Shown: piece after piece, positions 1 to 8,689 of the stretch
Position numbering within the stretch: the first letter of the stretch is position 1
How the letters are laid out: each line of letters begins with the position of its first letter
Origin: Candidatus Sulfotelmatobacter sp.
Lineage (GTDB): Bacteria > Acidobacteriota > Terriglobia > Terriglobales > Acidobacteriaceae
Length of the DNA: 64,000 bases
Direction of reading: 5' to 3'
Assembly (NCBI GenBank): GCA_049588915.1
Contig: JBAVZU010000066.1
Span: forward strand, 725 to 64,724
Notes under the pieces: generated by a model
Seen by the model: only the letters and a program-made list of their open reading frames with translations
Database searches by the model: none
What the model was told of the DNA's origin: nothing
Made by a program: the position numbers and the translations under genes

Positions 1-1454
1 GTGACGCCGGAAATCTCTGCCTCGCGCTGGGGGGGTCGAAAGCATGCAATCAGCCCATCACCCTTACCCCATTTTCTTTGAGCTTCACGCCTCAGTTACT
101 TGGGTCGGCTCCGACCACGCAGACCATCACGCTCACTAACAATTCGAGTTCAGCGTTAAGCGGTCTCAAACTTCTTTTCACTGAGCAAGATAGCTTGCTC
201 TTCTATTCGTCCGGCGGTGGCGACTTTAACGGTGTGCATAATTTTACAGAGCAGGACAACTGTACGCAGCAGGGATCGATCACCTTGAATTCCGGAGCCA
301 GTTGCCCAATCACGGTTTTCTTCTCCCCTCAGGAGAGTTGCCCGTGGCTCCCGCAGCCACAAGGAGGCGCCAGCATTGATGGACTTCCGCCCGCAAAGTG
401 TCCGCTGCCGCTGACTGCCTCACTCACGGTTACCGTTCCCAGCGGTAGTGTAGACGCCGATTCAGAATTTTCGGTGCCGGTTACTGGCACCGGCTTGAGC
501 TTAGTTGTCCCGTCTGGTCCCGAGATTGATTTTGGGTGGGAAGCGTTCGGCGAGGCGAGTCCTCCCCAGACGCTCACCTTCACGAATCAGGGCCCGAGTC
601 CGGTCACAATCCTGCCCGCGGGGGCGCCCTGCGTTTATGGCCAACTGCTGGCCTTGCCTCGCCCGCCGGTCTCAAACGGGCAGCCTATGGTACCCGGTAT
701 ACAGCTCGCAGAAACTGCGGGAGTTGTTAGTAGCCCTATTGTGCCTCAGAGTAATACCTCACCTCCATTGGTTAACGCCCCGACCGCGGACTTTTTTTGT
801 GAATCGGATCCACCCCGGTCCAACGGCGGTAGTGGGCTACCCAACCTCCAAATCTCAAAAAATGAATGTTCGGGCCAAACGCTCGCACGCTTCGGACAGC
901 AGGGCAATAGTTGCAGTCTGCAAGTGAGCTTTGTACCCCAGCCAGCGACCTCGGCGGCGGCATTGACTTCTGGCCTGGGCTTGGACGACTTTCTGGAACT
1001 GAACAGCATGTGGTGTGGTGACCCGAACAATCCTCCAGAACCCAGCTGCGAGATTGACAGCGGTCGTTTTCCTGTCGAGATCAAGACGAATCCGCCGAGT
1101 CCCCTCAGGATGTCTCCCAGTGCCGGAATGGATTTCGGTACCGTGCCCAAGGGTACAGGGACCAATCCTCTTACGATCACAATCTTTAATGATCCAGTGG
1201 ATCCTAAGGCTGGCCCTGTAAGTTTCACCTCCAAGCTCGTGACCAATACCGATTACTTAGAGTCTGACAACTGTCCTCCCATACTGGATTCGGATCAAAG
1301 TTGCACTGTGACGGTAACATTCGCACCGACCGTTGTGGGCCCTGATCAAGGCCAAATCACTTTGACTTATAGCTTGACGACGGGCAGTGGATCATCTCAA
1401 ACGACCCAATTTGGGTTAGTGCAGACAATTTATTTGCGTGGAATTGGACAGTAG
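1..1454 (+). CDS. Secreted repeat protein with choice-of-anchor-D / ASH (HYDIN-like, PapD-fold) type repeats; 5' end cut by the window edge
   Basis: The reading frame is open from nt 3 to the stop at 1452-1454, so the listed TTG at 78 is probably internal. Repeated blocks are typical of these beta-sandwich repeats: QTITLTNNS, QTLTFTNQGPSPVTI, NPLTITIFND, SCTVTVTFAP..GQITLTY. Confidence 0.6.
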   Translation, partial: DAGNLCLALGGSKACNQPITLTPFSLSFTPQLLGSAPTTQTITLTNNSSSALSGLKLLFTEQDSLLFYSSGGGDFNGVHNFTEQDNCTQQGSITLNSGASCPITVFFSPQESCPWLPQPQGGASIDGLPPAKCPLPLTASLTVTVPSGSVDADSEFSVPVTGTGLSLVVPSGPEIDFGWEAFGEASPPQTLTFTNQGPSPVTILPAGAPCVYGQLLALPRPPVSNGQPMVPGIQLAETAGVVSSPIVPQSNTSPPLVNAPTADFFCESDPPRSNGGSGLPNLQISKNECSGQTLARFGQQGNSCSLQVSFVPQPATSAAALTSGLGLDDFLELNSMWCGDPNNPPEPSCEIDSGRFPVEIKTNPPSPLRMSPSAGMDFGTVPKGTGTNPLTITIFNDPVDPKAGPVSFTSKLVTNTDYLESDNCPPILDSDQSCTVTVTFAPTVVGPDQGQITLTYSLTTGSGSSQTTQFGLVQTIYLRGIGQ

Positions 1455-1533
1455 TGTCTTTTGTGGCCGAATCTTGATCGATTATTGCAGCAGCGGACGC
1501 TCTTATCTGTCAAGCATCATCAGAGGCTTTAAA

Positions 1534-3675
1534 GTGACGGAGGTTGCCGTGGATGGTAGGAAGTGGGCTCTTATACTATTAGTCATTTCGACGTCTCTCT
1601 CGCTGGGCTGCGGAGGCAGTAGCGGCAGTCCATCCAGTCAGAGTCAAGCAAGCATTTCGATTGCTCTCAAACCAGTCCCCTCCACTACAAGTATTGTGGC
1701 TGGCAGCACGACCGGAATCCAGTTGACTCCTGTCGTCAGCAATGATCCGAGCAATTCCGGCGTGGATTGGGCTGTCACGTGCTCGCTCTCGAGCAACTCT
1801 TCCACTGGTTCTTGCGGTACTCTCAGCATTACGACGTTCCATTCGGCCAGTGCGACTCCGGTGACTTACTATCCTCCAGCGGTTCTTCAAACTGGAACCT
1901 TGACGGTTAATGTAACTGTCTTTGCGACCGCGGATCACACCAAGAATGTGACGACTCCGATTACCATCACTTCTTACGCCAGCGTTCTGAGCGGCACCTA
2001 TGTCCTTCAGGTCCAAGGGGCCGATAGCAGCGAGTTCCCTTATCAAACTACTGGCCTGTTCAATTTCGATGGCAATGGGAATATAACTGCTGGCCAACAA
2101 ACAATTAACAGTTTTAGTTTGGGAACATTTTCTAGCGTATACACCGTCCAGGGTTCCAGCGGAACACCAAGCACCTATTTTATAGGTGCAGATGGCCGTG
2201 GCTCAATAACTCTGAATCTTCAATCGAGCGCCGGTTTGGTCACCGAGACTCTATCGATGGTAATTATTTCTAGTTCCGAGGCCTTAGTCGCTGAACTCGA
2301 TTCCAATTCTGCGTCTGGAACGCTGGAACTGCAAAACAGCGCCGCGGCCACGACGATGCCAACTGGCGCTTATGCGTTTGTTACTAACGGCTCCGACGCC
2401 GGTAGCCCAACTGGCCCAGGCTTTGGTGTTCCCGTGCCCACAGCAATGGGCGGCGTCTTCAACATTGACAACATTCCGGCCTCAGGTTCGATCTCAGGTA
2501 GTGGCAGTCTGGCTGACCAGGATTATTACAACGCCACGGCAACCACGAGAATGCTTCAAAGCTGTGTGCCGCCCGCAGGAGTCACAGGGAGCGTCTCGCA
2601 GCCCACTTCAATTGGCATCGTTACGATAACGTTGACCGGAGCAACATGCTTCGGACTCCAGCATCCCGCTTCGATTCAATTTACCGGTTATATCGTCGAC
2701 GCGACTCACATCAGGCTTATCGAGAGCGATGACCTCACCGGTTCAGGAGGATTCCTGACAGCTGGAATCGCTGTCAACCAGGGCAGCGCCGCCGGTACGT
2801 TTACCGCGGCCTCTCTAGCTGGGCCTTACGTGTACGGCGTTCTCGGGTATGACATCAACTTAAACGTTCCGTCATCTTTCACATCGGCGGGTGTGATCAA
2901 CGCCGATGGCACTAGCATGATTACCGGGATCGACGATACTTTTTATCCAGGCGACGGTACCGCTTACACGGCCAACGCTTTTACGGGGCGATACTCTGTG
3001 GATGCGAACCAAATCGGGCGGGCAGACTTGGGGCCGAGGTTCTCGGGACCCTCTCCGCAGCCCCAGTTTAGCCTCCTGGCGTACCTCACCGGCGATGGAA
3101 CGCCGCCTTTGCTCCTCTGGTCTGAGGGAGAAGACCCAAGTTTTCCGGCGATTGGAACAGGAATCGCTTACCCGCAGGCGGCGAACGCATCATCTCTATC
3201 CTTCGGCAATCCGGAGACGTACGGTCTAAGCTTCACACAGAACAGCGGCAGCGAAGTTGACGGCACCGGCGACTTTACCTCAACCGTAATCATTAGTGGA
3301 GCGACGGGTAGACTAACGGGAACGGTGGACGATTTCAACAACAACATCTTTTCCGGAGGTGCTCCCGTTCCTATTCTTGATAGCTTCGCGTTGCCGGCGG
3401 ATAGCTTCGGCCGCATTGCTGGCACTTTCTTGAATGTGGCTGGTAGCCCGGGCCCCTATGTTGAATATTATTTGGTGGACGACAACCAGGGTTTCTTCGT
3501 CGAAACCGACCTTCTAAATTCATCGCAAGTTACCTTGGGCTCCTTCTACCAGGCCTGCGATGTCACGAGCGCGACTGCCTGCCAGACTGCGGCAGCGATT
3601 TCATACCGAAAACATACGTTGAAAGGGCACAAATTCCGCAGTCTGCGAAAAAACTCGGTAACGCCGAAGCACTGA
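1534..3675 (+). CDS. Large secreted lipoprotein-like protein, S/T/G-rich; no family recognised
   Basis: ORF 1438-3675. An in-frame GTG at 1534 precedes RKWALILLVISTSLSLGC (lipobox-like SLGC) and a GGSSGS linker. The rest is beta-rich and low in charged residues. The start could also be GTG 1549. Confidence 0.55.
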   Translation: MTEVAVDGRKWALILLVISTSLSLGCGGSSGSPSSQSQASISIALKPVPSTTSIVAGSTTGIQLTPVVSNDPSNSGVDWAVTCSLSSNSSTGSCGTLSITTFHSASATPVTYYPPAVLQTGTLTVNVTVFATADHTKNVTTPITITSYASVLSGTYVLQVQGADSSEFPYQTTGLFNFDGNGNITAGQQTINSFSLGTFSSVYTVQGSSGTPSTYFIGADGRGSITLNLQSSAGLVTETLSMVIISSSEALVAELDSNSASGTLELQNSAAATTMPTGAYAFVTNGSDAGSPTGPGFGVPVPTAMGGVFNIDNIPASGSISGSGSLADQDYYNATATTRMLQSCVPPAGVTGSVSQPTSIGIVTITLTGATCFGLQHPASIQFTGYIVDATHIRLIESDDLTGSGGFLTAGIAVNQGSAAGTFTAASLAGPYVYGVLGYDINLNVPSSFTSAGVINADGTSMITGIDDTFYPGDGTAYTANAFTGRYSVDANQIGRADLGPRFSGPSPQPQFSLLAYLTGDGTPPLLLWSEGEDPSFPAIGTGIAYPQAANASSLSFGNPETYGLSFTQNSGSEVDGTGDFTSTVIISGATGRLTGTVDDFNNNIFSGGAPVPILDSFALPADSFGRIAGTFLNVAGSPGPYVEYYLVDDNQGFFVETDLLNSSQVTLGSFYQACDVTSATACQTAAAISYRKHTLKGHKFRSLRKNSVTPKH

Positions 3676-3822
3676 AGGGCGGCCTTTAGCCGTGATCAAA
3701 TCAGACGTTCATTAGACGAGTAGGGCACTACTACGTTGGTTTGCGTGCTTACCACGCGATTAGGCCAAGGCCTCTGGCGGCAATGTGTCGGGATTAATTT
3801 TTGTTTAAAGGAGAGAGTAGAT

Positions 3823-5751
3823 ATGAAACGAGTTCTAGCTTTGGCGCTGTGGATGGCGCTCGTGGGCAGCCTGTACCCGGCGGAAGGCCAGCAGGGCGCC
3901 TCAAGTGGTGTGCCCGCGGGAACAAAGAGAAAGGCCACTCCAAAGGCTGTTGTACCGTCCGTCTCCGCGCAACTCACGGTACTGAGGGAGGCCATCGAAG
4001 CTCAACAAGAGCAGATAAACGCAATGGGACAGCAACTTCAGAGCCGCGATCAACGAATTCAGCAGCTCGAGCAGAGGCTTGATCAAGGCCAAGCGGCGGC
4101 TACTCAAGCTCAGGCCAAAGCCGATTCCGTGGCTTCTCAAACTGCCGCGCAGGGGGAGACGGTGGCAGCGCTGAAGAGCGATGTAACCGACTTGAAGACC
4201 AGTTCCACGAATGTGTCGCTGAGCCTTCAGGAAACGCAGAAGACGATGCAACAGGAGAAAGAAGAGATTGAGAGCCCGCTCGCGGTTCACTTCAAAGGTA
4301 TCACTCTTACTCCTGGCGGTTTCCTGGCTGCAGAATCTGTCTATCGGAATCGTGCTCTCGGGGCCGACATCAATACGCCCTTCAACAGCGTCAACATGCC
4401 GGGGGCCGGCCAGAATGCGGTGTCCGAGTTCTATGGTTCCGGTCGCCAGTCCCGCATTTCCATGCTTGCGGAAGGCAAGGTGGACAACGTCAAGATGAAT
4501 GGTTACTACGAAGCTGACTTTCTCTCCGCGGGCATTACCTCTAACAACAACGAGAGCAACAGCTACACTCTTCGGCAGCGCCAGGTCTGGGGACAAGTGG
4601 CCTCGGGCGGTTCGAGCCTGACCGGCGGCCAGATGTGGAGCCTGCTAACCGAAACTAAGCACGGTTTGGACAATCGGTCGGAAGCCCTTCCCATGACTAT
4701 CGACCCGCAATATACCGTCGGCTTTAGCTGGGCTCGGCAATACGGCGTCCGCTTCGTCCAGAATTTCGGCAATCGTTTCTGGATAGGCGCCTCCCTGGAA
4801 AATCCACAAACCACTTTTGCAGCGCGCGGAAACGCGGCGAACTTTGCTTTGGGCAGTCCTGGTAGCGGTGGCGGACTGTACAACTCGGGTATTACGAACT
4901 GCACTACCAGCACGGTAAGTGGAACCGCCGGAACGATCACCAGTGTCTTGACCAGTTGCACTCCGGCTGCCACTTATTCCTTTAACGCCATGCCGGATTT
5001 CATTGTCAAAGCCGCCGCAGAACCTGGTTTTGGCCACTATGAAGTGTTCGCCGTTCTCAGCCGCTTCCGCGATCGCGTTTATCCCTGCGCCGAGCCCTCA
5101 TCGGCTTCGAACTGCAACGGCGCAATTTCAGCATTGGGCGCCTACAACAACTCTTTTAACGTGGGTGGATTCGGGGCTAATGCGCGCATCACCTTGTTCA
5201 AACAACTGGATATCGGGGCTCATTTTCTTACCGGCGAGGGTGTTGGCCGCTATGGCACCGGCGGTCTACCGGATTCAACCGTTCATGCCGACGGCACTTT
5301 GGCTCCCCTGCGGAGCTATCAAGGCTTGGCTACCGTCGAGTGGCACACGAAGAGGTTGGACTTTTATGCCAACGCTGGCGACGAATACGTCGAGAGACGC
5401 TGGCAGTTTGATCCAAACAACTCTGTCAGTCCATACACGCCGGTGGGTTACGGCTCTCAGTTCTTTAGCGTGACCGGTTGTTATAGCGAAACGCCGCCGC
5501 CGACAACAGGGACGAACGGTTTCACTTTCGGTTCTCTTTCAAAATGCAATGCGGACACGAAGAGCCTTGTCGAGGGCACTGTGGGATTCTGGATTAAGGC
5601 CCATAGCGGTCCTCATGGCAGGCTTCAGTTCGGTCCACAGTACTCTTATGTTACGCGCTATGCGTGGACCGGTACCAGCGGGATAGGATTCGCTTCGCCT
5701 CACGGAATCGACAACATGTTCTTCACGTCGTTCCGCTACTATTTGCCTTAA
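3823..5751 (+). CDS. Outer-membrane beta-barrel (porin-like) protein with a long N-terminal coiled coil
   Basis: ATG 3823 is preceded by AAGGAGAG. Signal peptide MKRVLALALWMALVGSLYPAEG. A roughly 110-aa Q/A/E heptad-rich segment (LREAIEAQQEQINAMGQQLQSRDQRIQQLEQRLDQ...) is followed by an alternating beta-strand pattern that ends aromatic-rich (FFTSFRYYLP). Confidence 0.6.
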   Translation: MKRVLALALWMALVGSLYPAEGQQGASSGVPAGTKRKATPKAVVPSVSAQLTVLREAIEAQQEQINAMGQQLQSRDQRIQQLEQRLDQGQAAATQAQAKADSVASQTAAQGETVAALKSDVTDLKTSSTNVSLSLQETQKTMQQEKEEIESPLAVHFKGITLTPGGFLAAESVYRNRALGADINTPFNSVNMPGAGQNAVSEFYGSGRQSRISMLAEGKVDNVKMNGYYEADFLSAGITSNNNESNSYTLRQRQVWGQVASGGSSLTGGQMWSLLTETKHGLDNRSEALPMTIDPQYTVGFSWARQYGVRFVQNFGNRFWIGASLENPQTTFAARGNAANFALGSPGSGGGLYNSGITNCTTSTVSGTAGTITSVLTSCTPAATYSFNAMPDFIVKAAAEPGFGHYEVFAVLSRFRDRVYPCAEPSSASNCNGAISALGAYNNSFNVGGFGANARITLFKQLDIGAHFLTGEGVGRYGTGGLPDSTVHADGTLAPLRSYQGLATVEWHTKRLDFYANAGDEYVERRWQFDPNNSVSPYTPVGYGSQFFSVTGCYSETPPPTTGTNGFTFGSLSKCNADTKSLVEGTVGFWIKAHSGPHGRLQFGPQYSYVTRYAWTGTSGIGFASPHGIDNMFFTSFRYYLP

Positions 5752-5757
5752 TTGTGT

Positions 5758-5795
5758 GGCTCTCGCTCCGGTTCTCGTATCGGGGCGAGGGCTTT
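5758..5795 (+). terminator. Hairpin plus short T-run downstream of the porin-like gene
   Basis: GGCTCTCGCTCCG (5758-5770) pairs with CGGGGCGAGGGCT (5781-5793), allowing G-U pairs. The loop is 10 nt and TTT follows the stem. Confidence 0.4.
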
Positions 5796-5870
5796 GAGCC
5801 TAATACCGTCCGCGCAATTTAAGATCGCATGTCAATCGTGCCGCCGATGATCGTTTTGTTGCCTGCATGA

Positions 5871-7562
5871 TTGCAATCAGCACCCTCACTCTTTGCAATT
5901 GCGGGAGTGGTTAACGGAACCTTCGACCGAGCACCACAAGCTTCGATTGTCATCTCAAGGATTGTCATCTCAAGTAAGAGGTCTGGGGAGTTGACCGCAG
6001 CCGCCAAGGATCATTCGCCGCAAGTTAAGGCACCTAAAGAAAAGCGGCTGTCCCATCCGATCAAAGGTAACCAGCACCGCAAGAAGCGGTTGCTAAATCG
6101 GCCGGGCGGATTTTTCGACCGACGGCCCCTGCGAGTTATCGCTCTTGCATTGCTGCTGACCATCATAGCTGCTCCGTCCTTACTGCCCAAGTTCAGCGTC
6201 GTCGATAACGATATTTGGTGGCATCTAAAGGTCGGAGATTGGATCATTCAGCACTCGGCCTTTCCCCACACTGGAATTCTGTCGCGTACCGCTGCTGATC
6301 GCCCGTGGATGGCCTATAGCTGGATTTACGAGGTACTGCTTTCATTCTTTCATTACAGATTCCATCTGATGGGCGTTGCCGTCTACGGCCTCTTGCTCAC
6401 ATTCGCAGTCACCTATAGCGTCTTTTGGATGACACGCTGTCTAGCAAACCGTTTCTGGGGGCCGTCTTTGCTGGCCACTCTCTGTTGCGCCGCATTTCTC
6501 TTCAGGATCTACCCGCGGCCTGCATTCTTCTCCATGATGTTCTTCGCGATTTTGCTCACGCTACTTCTGGAGGCCCGGCGAACCGGACGCCTGCAAATGC
6601 TTTATTGGTTGCCACCGCTGTTTCTCGTTTGGGCGAACGCGCACATTCAATTCATATATGGACTATTCGTTGTTGCGCTGTTCGTAAGTGTAAATCTCGC
6701 ACTGAAATGGGCGTCGCATCGGGGGCTAGCGACAGATTTTCTCTATTCACCATTGCTGCCCTCGCGAACGCTGCTTGTCTTGCTGGGAGCCTGCGTGCTG
6801 GCTACCTGCGTCGGCCCGTACTCCTATCATCTTTATTCGGTGATTTTTAAATACGCAACATCGAAATATCCCTACACCTACATTGAAGAATTTCAGGCTC
6901 TTCACTTCCGCAGTTACATCGACTTCGTGCAGCTGTTGTTGGCCCTATCTGCATTCTTCGTATTGGTGCGCAGGAGACCACTGGACCCCTTTCTGCTTAG
7001 CCTATTGTTAGTGGCCACCTTGGTGGGATTCCGCACTGCGCGGGATGCTTGGTTCATCTGCATTCCAGCAACGGCATGCTTGGCCGAAGCCTTCCGGAGC
7101 CCCAGTCCGAAGCCTAGAAAGACCATCATCGAGAAAACTGCTCTTGCGGTCGTACTGGCTGTGCTCATTTTGCTGTACGCCCGGCTTTTGAATGTGAACA
7201 CTCGAGACATGCGCCTGGCCATTGCTTCCCACTATCCAGTCCGCGCAATCAACTTTCTTCGCGACCATCCGCAACCTGGGCCACTCTACAACACCTTCAA
7301 TTGGGGCGGATTTATCGCCTGGTACATGCCGGATTATCCAGTGGCCATCGACGGACGCACCGATCTCTACGGCGACGAGATCGACATGCGCTTCTATAAA
7401 ACCGAGAACGGAGACCCATCCTACGCTGACGATCGTTACCTCAATGAATCCAGACTAGTTGTGCTTCCAAGGGAAACGCCATTAGCACGTCTGCTCAATT
7501 CAGATACTCGGTTTACTGTCATCTATAGCGATCCGCTGTCAATGGTCTTTGTGAAGCAGTGA
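5871..7562 (+). CDS. Polytopic integral membrane protein (about 10 or more TM helices); GT-C/ArnT-like glycosyltransferase candidate
   Basis: Many hydrophobic helices. The motif DNDIWWHLKVGDWI follows the first TM, and there is a soluble C-terminal domain. The start is uncertain: the listed TTG 5871 lies upstream of a 15-nt tandem duplication. An in-frame TTG at 6090, just before the basic/TM1 segment, is an alternative. Confidence 0.5.
   Translation: MQSAPSLFAIAGVVNGTFDRAPQASIVISRIVISSKRSGELTAAAKDHSPQVKAPKEKRLSHPIKGNQHRKKRLLNRPGGFFDRRPLRVIALALLLTIIAAPSLLPKFSVVDNDIWWHLKVGDWIIQHSAFPHTGILSRTAADRPWMAYSWIYEVLLSFFHYRFHLMGVAVYGLLLTFAVTYSVFWMTRCLANRFWGPSLLATLCCAAFLFRIYPRPAFFSMMFFAILLTLLLEARRTGRLQMLYWLPPLFLVWANAHIQFIYGLFVVALFVSVNLALKWASHRGLATDFLYSPLLPSRTLLVLLGACVLATCVGPYSYHLYSVIFKYATSKYPYTYIEEFQALHFRSYIDFVQLLLALSAFFVLVRRRPLDPFLLSLLLVATLVGFRTARDAWFICIPATACLAEAFRSPSPKPRKTIIEKTALAVVLAVLILLYARLLNVNTRDMRLAIASHYPVRAINFLRDHPQPGPLYNTFNWGGFIAWYMPDYPVAIDGRTDLYGDEIDMRFYKTENGDPSYADDRYLNESRLVVLPRETPLARLLNSDTRFTVIYSDPLSMVFVKQ
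5945..5974 (+). repeat. Perfect tandem duplication of the 15-mer GATTGTCATCTCAAG
   Basis: Read directly: GATTGTCATCTCAAG GATTGTCATCTCAAG. Confidence 0.9.
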
Positions 7563-7665
7563 TGTGAGTGAAGGTATCTGTCTAGAAAGCTTTTGCCGCT
7601 GTAGCACACACTCAAGCAAGGCGTCGTGCTGAATCGGCAATCTGTGACGCTATGGTGGATTCATT

Positions 7666-8559
7666 ATGACAATGGCAATGAGCCGCATCGCAGTACTCGC
7701 ATCGTGTTTCAACCGGAAGGCAACGACACTCGCGGGCCTGGAATCCCTGTTCAGACAGAAAAAGGTCGAGGAGCTGAAAATCACTGTGTTTTTGGTTGAT
7801 GATGCCAGCACCGACGGAACACCGGCAGCTGTCGCAGAGCGATTTCCAGACGTGCGTCTCCTTCACGGTAACGGATCGCTTTGGTGGGTCGGCGCCATGC
7901 GCAAGGCATTCGCCGCGGCAATGGCCGAAGGTTACGACGGATACGTCTGGTGGAACGACGATACAGAACTGGTGGAAGACGCGCTGCACCGGTTGGTGAG
8001 CTGTGCTCTGCAGGTCGAACCTCAGCTGGGGCCAGCCATCATTGTGGGAAGCACATGCGATCCAGAAACTGGAAAACTAACATACGGAGGCTGGCGCAGG
8101 CGTCCCTCCTGGCGCCGAGTCGACTTTGTGCGAGTGGAACCTGGCAAAGACGAGCCGGTGCTGGTCGACATCATGAACGGAAACTGTGTTCTTATTCCCC
8201 ATGCTGTCGCCAGGATAGTCGGCAACATGGAGTCAAAATTTCGCCATCGGCTCGCCGACCATGACTACAGTATGCGTGCTGCCAAAGCCGGATTCGCTAT
8301 CGTCCTGGCTCCTGGATACGTCGGTCGTTGCAAAGGAAATTCAAGCGCGGGAACATGGAGAGACGGTACCATTCCGTTCGCTGCGCGGTGGAAGGACCTC
8401 ATGTCGCCACGAGGAATGGATCCGCGCGAATGGATGCTTTATACGCGAAGACATTACGGAGCGCTTTGGCCGATTTACGCCGTTTCGCCCTACCTGAAGA
8501 CGATTATGGGCCTCGGCCTGCGTACAGACTTCGGCAAAGAAGAAAGCCCGAAAATGTAG
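7666..8559 (+). CDS. Family 2 glycosyltransferase
   Basis: IAVLASCFNR..VFLVDDASTDGTPAAV is a GT2 DxD-region signature. Length is about 300 aa. Confidence 0.8.
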   Translation: MTMAMSRIAVLASCFNRKATTLAGLESLFRQKKVEELKITVFLVDDASTDGTPAAVAERFPDVRLLHGNGSLWWVGAMRKAFAAAMAEGYDGYVWWNDDTELVEDALHRLVSCALQVEPQLGPAIIVGSTCDPETGKLTYGGWRRRPSWRRVDFVRVEPGKDEPVLVDIMNGNCVLIPHAVARIVGNMESKFRHRLADHDYSMRAAKAGFAIVLAPGYVGRCKGNSSAGTWRDGTIPFAARWKDLMSPRGMDPREWMLYTRRHYGALWPIYAVSPYLKTIMGLGLRTDFGKEESPKM

Positions 8560-8689
8560 CAGGAGCTTTTGGGCCACGAGCCATCATCCGAGTTTTGTTT
8601 TAGCCGGAAAAACTTGTTGGCCGATGTTGTCGACACCAAGCGTCTGCCGGTGGTACACATAACCTGCGAATAAAGCGGGCACTGTGGAG

